Positions 19,401-27,492 are shown, counted from the first letter of the stretch. The stretch is 42,797 nucleotides of DNA from an uncultured Nitrosospira sp. (GCA_900696505.1 CAADGJ010000223.1:1-42797); one strand, 5' to 3'. A program made the numbers and translations. The notes: generated by a model not told the origin, from the sequence alone.

Positions 19401-22362
19401 TCCCGCGCAACGGCTCAAGCCTCGCACCCACCGTCTCTTCCTTCGGAAGGGACAACTTGGCGCAACCGAGAACGGCGCCATGGCAGGGGATCCACGCGGA
19501 TTGTGTAGCGATATCACGGGACAGGCGGCAGATGATCACGATCCTGTCGGTCATCCCTGGTGTGGCGCGCAAACCACCACGCAACGATGGTGGGCGGATC
19601 CGGTGCTGAACGGAAAGCCTGGCGACAAGGGCACCAAAGATCGCACGATGCGCACGGTGTTCACCCACGACCATTTCGGGCCGAGTTCGCATCAGCACCA
19701 CGGGTTTTATGCCGCGCTGGTGGTCGAGCCGAGAAATTCCAAGTGGTATTTCCCGGATGGACAACTGATGGGGGGGACGGATTCCAAGGGGGTGCCTGAA
19801 GCGGTGAACGGGCGCAATGACGGTGGACCGACCTCCTATGCCGCGAACGTGGTCGTACGCACTCAGGGCAAGGCCTGCATTACACCTGACAAGGACGGGA
19901 TTCTTTGCAGTGACGCGCTCGATTCGAAGGGCAGCATCGATGCCGAACGGACCGGGCGGGAATTCAATCTGGCCTTCGCCGATTTTGCGATTGTGTACGA
20001 CAAAGACAATCAACCGGTGAACCCACCGAGTCAAATCGAAGGTGGTTTACGGACGCCTATTCTCCCCGGCCGTATTCCTGTGCCGGAGGGCATCTCCACG
20101 AAAGACCCCGGTTCCCAGCTGATCAATTATCGGAACGAACCGATTCCGCTGCGCATCGGCACACAGGACAAAGACGGCCATCAGTTCAAACAATTGCCCG
20201 TCGATCAGGAGAAAGGCGATCTGGCGCATGTGTTCAGTTCAACGGTTCACAAAGACCAGAAATCTGTCGACGAGCGTCTGTTTACCGAGCCTAGCGGAAA
20301 AGGACGTATGCCAGGTGATCCGGCGACACCGCTCCTGCGGGCGTATGAAGGCGATCATGTCCAGATTCGGCTGATTCAGGGCGCCCAGGAGGAACAGCAT
20401 GTGTTCACCATGCATGGCTCCAAATGGCTGGCCCAGCCGGATAGTCCGAACACCGGCTACGTAAATGCGCAGACGATCGGGATTTCCGAGCATTTTGAAT
20501 TCAACGATCGCGTGGTGGACTTTATGCCGTTCGGGCGAAGCAACGGACACAAATCGCTCGGCGGAGCAGGCGAACACACATCGATCGACCATCTCTACTC
20601 CTCAGCCGCCACGGATAATTTGTGGGATGGTCAGTGGGGATTGATGCGTGTCTATTCCCGTACCGAGGACGAGCCAGGGCTGGTTCGTTTGCCGGGCAAT
20701 GCGGAGAAGACGCACGATGTCCTGGCGTCAGCCTTCATGCAAAACCTGGATGAGCTGTTGGATCGCGAATCACTGGATGTCTCAGATGATGACGCGGGAA
20801 ATGAAGCCGGTCAGAACCTGGCACAGAGCGATGCGCTGGAGGCCTTCTGCCAAAAAAGCGGGCAGGCTCAGTTGACTCGTTCCTATGAGGTGGAAGCCTG
20901 GCTGGCCAAGGACCTGTTGCCGGGTGGGAAGCTGGTCTACAACGAGCATTTCGGTATTGCGGACCCCAATGCAATTATCTTTGTAGACGCTAGTGAGAAA
21001 GCCATGCTGCGGTCAGGAAGCAAGCGGCCGGAGCCGCTCATTCTTCGTGCCAGGGCAGGGGATTGTATCCGTGTCACCCTGACCAACCATCTCCCTGCCG
21101 CCATGCAGGATGGTCCCGACTATCCGGAGACCTGGAGTTACAACATGGTTCCACCGATCGTCCCTGGGTTCTCGTTTAATCAGGTGCGTTCGTCGAGCCG
21201 GGTTGGACTGCATCCACAGTTGGTGGACTATAACCTGCTAAAGAGTGACGGCGCGCATGTCGGACTCAATGATGATTCCACCGTTGCGCCGTGCCCAAGC
21301 GTCGGACCATGCCCTAGTAAGACCTACCTCTGGTACGCTGGCGACATTGTGCCCAACAAGAAAGGGACTCGCATCGTCGGCATTCCCCATGAGTTTGGCG
21401 CCATTGGCTTGCAGGATATGGGGGATGTCATCAAGCATGCGTCACATGGCGCGATCGGCGCATTACTCATCGAACCGCAATGTTCACGCTGGGACACTGT
21501 GCCGTCGACCGGCAACGCCGAAGCGGTGGTGACCTATTGGAAGCCGGAATCGGCCTCGGGCCGGCAGGGCAGGCATCTCAAACGGCAGATCTGCCCCGCG
21601 GAGCCCAAGCTGGACTCCGGGAAGTTGTATCGATTCAAAGAAATGGTGTTGCTCTATCAGGATAACCTGAGCGTCCAGCAGTATGGCCAGCCTGTTCCCA
21701 ATTTGCGGAATGGCGACGACTCCGAAGACTCGGGGCAGAAAGGCTTCAATTACCGCACGGAGCCGCTCTGGGCGCGATTAGGGGCCAGCGCAGCCGACGA
21801 ACCGGAGACGATGAGTCAGTTCGATTGGTCAAACGTCTTGAGCTCGATGGTGCCGCACTTCCGCTGCGAGGCGGATTTTGCGAACAAGAAATATTGTGAT
21901 CCCGAAACGCCGCTCTTTACCGCGAAGGCAGGAGAGCCGGTGCGGTTCCGGGTGGTGCATCCGGGAGGGCATCCACGACAGCACGCGTTCACGGTGTTCG
22001 GCCATGACTGGGTGCCGAGTCCCTGGATCGATGCGTCCAAAGCCATGGGCTGGAATCAGGATGGTCTGACGCGGGTCGGATCAGCCGGCGGGATTGGTCC
22101 GGGCCGCGACGTCAATATCCTCACAACGGCCGGCGGGGACTGCAAGGTTCCGGGCGACTATCTCTATCGCACGCAAGAGGGGTTCATGTTCGGCGGTGGA
22201 TTGTGGGGGATCTTCCGGGTTGAGGAGAATCCCGGATTGCGCTGGTATCAACCGGCTTGGGCTTGGGCCGGCAACCTGTTTGGGTACGAGACGAACGGTG
22301 TGGCCTCGGCCGACCTGTGCAAAGTTCACGTGGCGAACGAGGCGCCGATTCTGCAGCCATGA
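16438..22362 (+). CDS. mnxG: Very large multicopper oxidase, MnxG-type (putative Mn(II) oxidase), probably exported or a lipoprotein
   Basis: HVFHLHAH (~18052), HCHLYPHFAQGM type-1 Cu site (~18214), QHIHLVKFD (~19276), THDHFGPSSHQHHG (~19666); repeated PL(V/F/I)LRAxxGDC cupredoxin starts; N-terminal hydrophobic stretch ending LLWWGC. Start uncertain (16414, 16438 or 16486); the gene symbol is family-level only. Confidence 0.85.
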   Translation: MRDDEFVPASTQLSADMPGEDVQGAPSRPHVCTFSVVAKTAAIVSLSLLWWGCAKPKMPESQQVVKPACERTITAEVVALDQVYYYNRFGAFNPAGIMFALRRDVVHADEEDLLNGDLDNRSDEQEKAITLQHGPADLGLAGNVKLRSDKRPRPLVLRANEGDCLDVTFTNLLSPETNGQEVMLDPEKRLSRPDKRVTAVSDSDEPSTRHASMHVNGLSLVDSIDSQGANVGRNGWHDQSGNKTDGRCSSNRSDFGKDLCALAAPGETRTYRWYAKKEGTFFLYSMGAPAGGEGDGGQVGLGLFGAINVQPRGAKWYRSQVTEKDLKAASYKQETKFGQPVIDYEATYKNEPHAGDPILNMLKCDPRDNRQCELVHSDLNAVIDIDRENGCEKMGEGNACGKPYREFTVIFHDEITAVQAFDEIREEGSPLSSLRDGMGINYGASGVGSMVVANRNKLGPARDCVECKLEEFFLTSWVNGDPAMVVGYERGKDGSYKKDGNGRFVMQARYPDDPSNVHHSYLGDPVRFRNMHAGPKETHVFHLHAHQWVEDKHDPLSHYLDSQTISPGTTFSYEVHYGGSGNRNLGPGDSIFHCHLYPHFAQGMWELWRTHDVFENGGYDRRLKDHDIAAGTPTPAIVPLPRTPLPPMPTPTFKGYPFYIAGEIGHRPPQPPLDLEGGDDAGTLRRHVVAGGTVHDALDAQGPKEMKQAPPMNHDLFDKGRQQSAQIAARVGTQNTDKDLVGLARELVTAKLDVKATAGTTDEKEAMKFHAGMSQVNGASAVRPGDPGWTYSPYNWEAPGYVTCLSNGLCDDPHGTRVLFHVNGGGNIAEAKRGEGESGAPFSNPCPKQFIDEKGGVHDVKTREYRAVYIQMNMTVNKSGWHDPQARFPVLEQDVKETLDGTRPTEPLFFRAQSGECVVFHATNLIPSNLNLDDFQVYTPTDTIGQHIHLVKFDVTSSDGSGNGWNYEDGTLAADEVRERIQAYNKTNPAQRLKPRTHRLFLRKGQLGATENGAMAGDPRGLCSDITGQAADDHDPVGHPWCGAQTTTQRWWADPVLNGKPGDKGTKDRTMRTVFTHDHFGPSSHQHHGFYAALVVEPRNSKWYFPDGQLMGGTDSKGVPEAVNGRNDGGPTSYAANVVVRTQGKACITPDKDGILCSDALDSKGSIDAERTGREFNLAFADFAIVYDKDNQPVNPPSQIEGGLRTPILPGRIPVPEGISTKDPGSQLINYRNEPIPLRIGTQDKDGHQFKQLPVDQEKGDLAHVFSSTVHKDQKSVDERLFTEPSGKGRMPGDPATPLLRAYEGDHVQIRLIQGAQEEQHVFTMHGSKWLAQPDSPNTGYVNAQTIGISEHFEFNDRVVDFMPFGRSNGHKSLGGAGEHTSIDHLYSSAATDNLWDGQWGLMRVYSRTEDEPGLVRLPGNAEKTHDVLASAFMQNLDELLDRESLDVSDDDAGNEAGQNLAQSDALEAFCQKSGQAQLTRSYEVEAWLAKDLLPGGKLVYNEHFGIADPNAIIFVDASEKAMLRSGSKRPEPLILRARAGDCIRVTLTNHLPAAMQDGPDYPETWSYNMVPPIVPGFSFNQVRSSSRVGLHPQLVDYNLLKSDGAHVGLNDDSTVAPCPSVGPCPSKTYLWYAGDIVPNKKGTRIVGIPHEFGAIGLQDMGDVIKHASHGAIGALLIEPQCSRWDTVPSTGNAEAVVTYWKPESASGRQGRHLKRQICPAEPKLDSGKLYRFKEMVLLYQDNLSVQQYGQPVPNLRNGDDSEDSGQKGFNYRTEPLWARLGASAADEPETMSQFDWSNVLSSMVPHFRCEADFANKKYCDPETPLFTAKAGEPVRFRVVHPGGHPRQHAFTVFGHDWVPSPWIDASKAMGWNQDGLTRVGSAGGIGPGRDVNILTTAGGDCKVPGDYLYRTQEGFMFGGGLWGIFRVEENPGLRWYQPAWAWAGNLFGYETNGVASADLCKVHVANEAPILQP

Positions 22363-24335
22363 GACAAGCCATGCGCAATATCCTTGTCGGGGCTAGGGGA
22401 AGTCTCCCGGCTTTCCTGCTGGTTGCCGCTCCGGCGATAGTCGGGGCCGGAGAGACTGCGCCATCCCATCCTGTGCAACGGTTTGAGCAGAATGGGCTTG
22501 CCATCGAGCTGACCGTGGTTCCTCAGGATGGCCCTTCCGAGACAGGGGCAGAACTGACTGCCGGCCAGACAGCTACGGTGAAGGTCGCGCTGATGGATGC
22601 GAAAAGCGGGTCTCCAGTGGTGGGAATAAGGCCGAAGGGATGGATGGTGGGTCGGCCTTCGGAAATGGCGGCGGATGAACACAGCTGCGTCGAGAAGATC
22701 CGCCGGCTGGCCGGAGGACGATTGGGAGCCCGTGCCGAAGTCGATCTGAATCGATACGTGATTGTCACAATGAACCACGACAAGACGGTATCGGTGATCG
22801 ATCCGCAGGTGGAGTTTGGCGCGACCAAGCTGGAAAGCCTCGTGACGCTGCCTGGCAATGGAGCGGATTGGGTCCTCAGCCCGGATCAGAGTTATCTCTA
22901 TGTCACGATTCCGGGCGAAGACGCCGTGGCGGTGATCGAGACTCGAACACGGAAGCTCATCCAGACTATTGCGCTCGACAAGGGATCCCGCCCGGGACGA
23001 ATTCTCTGGCAGCCTGACAGCCGCCGGCTCTGGGTGGGGCTGGACGGAACGGGTCAGGTGGCGGTGCTTGATGGAGAAGGACACAGACGGCTCAAGACCG
23101 TCACGGTGGGACGAGGTCTGCATACATTGGCCGCGATTCCCGACGGTCGATTCATCTATGTGACGAACAGCCAGAGCGATAGCGTGTCTGTGATCGACAC
23201 GCAGGCCATGGCGCCGGTGGTGTCGGTGCCGGTTGGCAAAACACCAGTCGCGGTGACGTACAGCAGTGCAGCCCGCCGTTTGTATGTCGGTGGTGTCAAC
23301 GGCGGAGACATTGTAGCGATCGATCCGTCGACGCATCGCCTCGTGGGCCGGATTCCCATGGCCGCGGGCGTGGTTGCTTTGGCCACCGAACCTCAGGGCC
23401 GGTTTGTCTTTGCGGTCAATCAGGTTGAGAGCAGCCTGTCTGTCATCGATACCGCCACGAGTACCGTAACGGCTACCGCACACGTGGTCAAAGATCCCGA
23501 TCAAATCGTGTTCACACAGCGATACGCCTATGTGCGTGGCATCGAGTCAGAAAAATTTACGCTCCTTGACCTGCGCGAGGCGCGAAATGGGAAACTGGTC
23601 CCGCTCGATGTGCAAGCCGGGAGGCAAGCGCCGAGTGCCGCGCCACAGGAACTTGGTGTTGCGCCCATGATTGTTCCGACGCCCGAAGGCAACGCCGTGA
23701 TGATTGCCAATGCACCGGATGCGACGCTCCATTATTATCAGGAAGGCATGATGGCTCCGTCGGGAACCTTCTCGAATTATCGTCGGATGCCGCGAGGCGT
23801 TCTCGTGCTCGATCGAAGCTTGAGAGAAGTGGCCCCCGGTGTCTATCAAGCGACTGTGACCCTTCCGCACCCTGGCCGATTCGACGTTCCCCTGCTGCTT
23901 GATCAGCCTCGAATGTCCCACTGTTTTCAAGTGACGGTTCAGGAGTCACCGGCATCCACAGCGACGGCTCCAGGCCCTCGACCAGTACGCATACAAGCCC
24001 GGTTCGAAAGTGATCTCGTGTCGGCGCACGTTCCCGCTTCCTTGTCGTTTGACTTGCTGGATGCCACCACTCAGGAGCCGATCGTGGGGCTTCATGACGT
24101 GCAAGTGTTGATCTTCGAGCCGCCCGGCACGTGGCAACAGCGGCGATGGGCGCAAGAAGAACGAGCCGGCCGGTATGTGATCACCCAGTCTTTTCCGCAT
24201 GCGGGGGAATACCGGCTGTTGGTGCAATCGCCATCCCGCCACCTCCGCTTCTCAGATGCTCCGCCTGTTCTGCTCACCGTCGGGCCGCCGATGTCTGTGT
24301 CCACAGGCTCTTCGGAGCAGGCGCTCAAGCCATGA
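22359..24335 (+). CDS. YVTN/YncE-type beta-propeller protein with a C-terminal YtkA/FixH-like domain
   Basis: Signal peptide; repeats such as YVTNSQSDSVSVIDT and LYVTIPGEDAVAVIET; C-terminal GRYVITQSFPHAGEYRL; ATGA overlap with the oxidase stop. Confidence 0.85.
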   Translation: MRQAMRNILVGARGSLPAFLLVAAPAIVGAGETAPSHPVQRFEQNGLAIELTVVPQDGPSETGAELTAGQTATVKVALMDAKSGSPVVGIRPKGWMVGRPSEMAADEHSCVEKIRRLAGGRLGARAEVDLNRYVIVTMNHDKTVSVIDPQVEFGATKLESLVTLPGNGADWVLSPDQSYLYVTIPGEDAVAVIETRTRKLIQTIALDKGSRPGRILWQPDSRRLWVGLDGTGQVAVLDGEGHRRLKTVTVGRGLHTLAAIPDGRFIYVTNSQSDSVSVIDTQAMAPVVSVPVGKTPVAVTYSSAARRLYVGGVNGGDIVAIDPSTHRLVGRIPMAAGVVALATEPQGRFVFAVNQVESSLSVIDTATSTVTATAHVVKDPDQIVFTQRYAYVRGIESEKFTLLDLREARNGKLVPLDVQAGRQAPSAAPQELGVAPMIVPTPEGNAVMIANAPDATLHYYQEGMMAPSGTFSNYRRMPRGVLVLDRSLREVAPGVYQATVTLPHPGRFDVPLLLDQPRMSHCFQVTVQESPASTATAPGPRPVRIQARFESDLVSAHVPASLSFDLLDATTQEPIVGLHDVQVLIFEPPGTWQQRRWAQEERAGRYVITQSFPHAGEYRLLVQSPSRHLRFSDAPPVLLTVGPPMSVSTGSSEQALKP

Positions 24336-24348
24336 GGGCGTCTGATCT

Positions 24349-24930
24349 ATGATGCTCCGCTTCGTTCCAGCCGCGATGCTCTTGTGGTTGTGTGGCGCTC
24401 ATGCGGCGCCGGCCTGGTCCGGTGTCACCCCGCCCTCCATCCCCGATGTCGAGATGATTGACCAGGACGGTGTCCCACATCGTTTTTACGGCGATATGGT
24501 GAAGGGCAAAACCGTGGTCATCAACTTCATCTATACGACCTGTAAAACGAGTTGTCCCGCAGCCACCGGCTTGCTCAGTGGGGTGTACCACCGCCTCCAA
24601 GCCGAGGAACGTCCTGTCACCCTCCTGTCTGTGACGGTCGACCCCGTTCACGACCGGCCGACACGGCTTAAAGCGTATGCGGCCCAGTTTGGCGCAGGGA
24701 AGGGATGGTACTTTCTCACCGGCGCACCTGCCGATGTGGCCCGCATTCTGGCATCCCTGCAGGTCTCTGCATCAAACAAGGCAGAGCATCCAGCCATCGT
24801 GGTCATTGGGAATGAGGCGGCCGGGATATGGACGCGCCTGTATGGCGAGGCCTCTGTTCCGATGGTGATGGACGGGCTTGACGCCACAGCGGGTCCGCCG
24901 GCCTTGACGCCTTCCGGCATCTCTCAATAG
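24349..24930 (+). CDS. SCO1/SenC family copper chaperone
   Basis: Signal peptide; FIYTTCKTSCP (CxxxC), SVTVDPxxD, WYFLTG and a conserved His (AEHP). Confidence 0.9.
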   Translation: MMLRFVPAAMLLWLCGAHAAPAWSGVTPPSIPDVEMIDQDGVPHRFYGDMVKGKTVVINFIYTTCKTSCPAATGLLSGVYHRLQAEERPVTLLSVTVDPVHDRPTRLKAYAAQFGAGKGWYFLTGAPADVARILASLQVSASNKAEHPAIVVIGNEAAGIWTRLYGEASVPMVMDGLDATAGPPALTPSGISQ

Positions 24931-24941
24931 GTCATCGCACC

Positions 24942-26555
24942 ATGGTACATCGATGCCCCGTCGTGAGCAGGACTTGGGTCACCGTCGGCCTGCTTATCAT
25001 GGTGAGTTGCCTGGCGCAGCCCTCCATTGCAGCTTGGATCGACCCCCTCACGCCGGAGGAGCGCCAGGGCCGCAACCTGTATCATTATGGAAAAGCCGGA
25101 ATCGCGGACCCGGTTGCCGTAAATTTGCAGGGGGTTGAGGGAGGGGTTCCGTCGGCCCTGTTTCGGTGCGCGGGATGCCATGGTCACCGTGGGGAAGGAT
25201 CACAGGAAGGTGGGTTGCGAGTGCCGCCACTCACCGTATCGGTGCTCAGGCGGGCGCGCGAGGGAACCAGCGCGGGACGACCTCGGGCCGGATACACCGA
25301 TGAGGCGCTGGGGAAGGCCATTACTCAAGGCATCGACGCTTCCGGCCATGCGTTACATCCGAGTATGCCGCGGTATCAGCTGACCTCCGATCAGGTGGCG
25401 AAGCTGATCGCGTATCTGACGCGGCTCGGGGAAGAGGCCGATACCGATCCCGGCGTGAGCGCCGAGGTTGTTACAATCGGAGCGGCGCTTCCCTTGACTG
25501 GGCCACTCGCACAGATCGGGCAGGATGTGGCCGCGACCTTGAGGGGCGCACTACGGCGCGTGAACGAACAGGGCGGCGTCTACGGCCGGCACATCGAGCT
25601 CATTGTAGAAGATTCTCGCGGAGATCCTGCACAGACGGCGCAGGCTGTCTCCCGCTTGATCGAGATTCATCAGGTTTTCGCCCTCGTGGGGAGCTTTGAG
25701 CCGGCAGGAGGGGGCCGTGAACGTTTCGAGCAGGATCAGATCCCCTCGATTTTTCCGCTGACTCAATCCCATCAGCTCTCGGATCCACCAGACCCTTCCA
25801 TATTCTATGCCTTGCCTGGGTTCGACCTTCAATTCCGGTCGTTGATGGATTTTTTTGCCTCCAGGACGATGCCTCTCACGGGGACAGCACAGCCTCGTCT
25901 GGCACTCGTGCACAGGAATGGGGACAGCAATAGTGAGGCGTTGCGTGGTGCCCTGGAACAGATTCGGCATCATGCGTTGAATCTCGCGATGAATTACGAG
26001 TACTCGACCGGTCGTCTGGCAGTGCTGGCCCTAGTGGCACAATTGGAACAGCATGCAATCGATGCCGTGGTATTTCTGGGAGATGGAGAGGAACTTGTCT
26101 CGATCGCACATGAGCTGGGTCGCCGGGGAATGTCGCCGATTGTATTGAGTGCAACCGGCATGGTGGGGCCACGGGCTCGGGCTGTTCCGTCGTCTCTTCT
26201 TCCCCGGATATTCCTCGTGACCCCGATTGACCCTCCTACGGAGCGAGAGGTGACCTATTTGCGGGCGTTGAGCGAGCAGCCGTCTCTATCGAGCATCGGC
26301 TTTGCACGCATCGCTCACGGCGCCGTTTCGTTGCTGGCCGAATCACTCAAGCAGGCCGGCAGGCGTCTCGACCGTCAGGCGATGGTTGATGCGCTGGAGG
26401 CATGTCGCGAATACGACACCGGGGCAGGGTTTTCGGTGACGTACGGCGTGCACCGCCGTCTGGGACGCGTGGCTTCAAAAGTGGTCGGTCTGATGTCCGA
26501 TCCACCATATATCTCGCCGGTGACGGGCTGGATGGTGCCGGAAGGAGAGCCCTGA
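24942..26555 (+). CDS. Monoheme cytochrome c fused to a type-1 periplasmic binding (LivJ-like) domain
   Basis: Signal peptide; CAGCH heme motif; distal MPRY Met; then IGAALPLTG...VNEQGGVYGRHIELIVED of the PBP1 fold. Confidence 0.88.
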   Translation: MVHRCPVVSRTWVTVGLLIMVSCLAQPSIAAWIDPLTPEERQGRNLYHYGKAGIADPVAVNLQGVEGGVPSALFRCAGCHGHRGEGSQEGGLRVPPLTVSVLRRAREGTSAGRPRAGYTDEALGKAITQGIDASGHALHPSMPRYQLTSDQVAKLIAYLTRLGEEADTDPGVSAEVVTIGAALPLTGPLAQIGQDVAATLRGALRRVNEQGGVYGRHIELIVEDSRGDPAQTAQAVSRLIEIHQVFALVGSFEPAGGGRERFEQDQIPSIFPLTQSHQLSDPPDPSIFYALPGFDLQFRSLMDFFASRTMPLTGTAQPRLALVHRNGDSNSEALRGALEQIRHHALNLAMNYEYSTGRLAVLALVAQLEQHAIDAVVFLGDGEELVSIAHELGRRGMSPIVLSATGMVGPRARAVPSSLLPRIFLVTPIDPPTEREVTYLRALSEQPSLSSIGFARIAHGAVSLLAESLKQAGRRLDRQAMVDALEACREYDTGAGFSVTYGVHRRLGRVASKVVGLMSDPPYISPVTGWMVPEGEP

Positions 26556-26621
26556 CGTCGATACCGCACGGTTTCGTCGCCGGAAAGATCGGCCAGGAGG
26601 TGCCGCGGCAGAGCGATAAGG

Positions 26622-26651
26622 TTGACAGGTCCAAAAATCCTATGGTACTTT
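26622..26651 (+). promoter_or_regulatory. Sigma-70 promoter of the rpsF operon
   Basis: TTGACA-N18-TACTTT with a TGn extended -10. Confidence 0.6.
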
Positions 26652-26685
26652 CCACGGCTCATGTCGGCTGATCCGGCATGCCTAC

Positions 26686-26726
26686 ACCTCGCTCCCGTCT
26701 ATGATGGGGGCCAATGTCCAGGAGGA
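26686..26726 (+). ncRNA. S6:S18 ribosomal protein leader (cis-regulatory RNA)
   Basis: Inner hairpin GCTCCCGTC-tat-GATGGGGGC; unpaired CCA just before the GGAGG SD; upstream CCTC can pair with the SD; lies directly 5' of rpsF. Confidence 0.6.
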
Positions 26727-26732
26727 ATCTGC

Positions 26733-27092
26733 ATGGAGCTCTACGAGTCCCTGTTCATTATTCGTCCGACTTTAAGCGACGAAGAAACGACGACGCTGAT
26801 TGAAAAAATGAAGGGTATCGTCACCAAGAACGGCGCCACCCTTGTGCGAGCCGAGAACTGGGGCCGCAAGAAGCTCGCGTATGAAATCAAGCGTGAGCGT
26901 AAGGGCACGTACGTCTATTTTTATTTTCAGGGTCCCGGTACCACGATCGCCGACCTGGAGCGCGCCTATCGCCTTGAGGATTCGATCATCAAGTTCCTCA
27001 CGGTGAAATTGGAGCAGGAGCCTGCTCCGCCCAGGGGCGCACCTGTGGCAGCACCAGCCGCACAAGGAGCGACCGTTGGCGGGGTTCAATAA
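26733..27092 (+). CDS. rpsF: 30S ribosomal protein bS6
   Basis: YESLFIIRP, WGRKKLAYEI; AGGAGG RBS. Confidence 0.97.
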   Translation: MELYESLFIIRPTLSDEETTTLIEKMKGIVTKNGATLVRAENWGRKKLAYEIKRERKGTYVYFYFQGPGTTIADLERAYRLEDSIIKFLTVKLEQEPAPPRGAPVAAPAAQGATVGGVQ

Positions 27093-27477
27093 AGTCATTC
27101 TGGTCGGAAATCTGACTCGGAATCCGGAACTGCGGTACACACCCAGCGGAACGCCGGTCGCGAGCTTCGGCTTGGCGACGAGCCGGCGCTTCAAGCAGGG
27201 TGATGAACTCAAGGAAGAAGTCTGCTTCATCGATATCGTCGTGTTCGGCAAGCAAGCGGAACACTGCGGGCAGTACCTCAGCAAAGGCAACGGGGTGATT
27301 ATCGATGGGCGGCTTCAACAGCGCCGCTGGGAGACAGAAGACGGCCAGAAACGTAGCAAGCACGAAGTCGTGGCGCAAGGCGTGACCTTTTTGCCAAAGC
27401 GGGGCGAAGCCGGAGCCGGAGCAGACAGCGGCGGCCTGCACGACGAACCACCTTCATACGAAGACGAACAGTTCTAG
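27076..27477 (+). CDS. ssb: Single-stranded DNA-binding protein
   Basis: NKVILVGNLTRNPELRYTPSG; acidic C-terminus; TTG start with AAGGAG RBS. Confidence 0.96.
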   Translation: MAGFNKVILVGNLTRNPELRYTPSGTPVASFGLATSRRFKQGDELKEEVCFIDIVVFGKQAEHCGQYLSKGNGVIIDGRLQQRRWETEDGQKRSKHEVVAQGVTFLPKRGEAGAGADSGGLHDEPPSYEDEQF

Positions 27478-27492
27478 GAGACGGAGGCGATC

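Noticed and set aside
22326-23504. 392-aa antisense ORF over the beta-propeller gene
   Set aside because: Arg/His-rich shadow ORF mirroring sense-strand codon bias.
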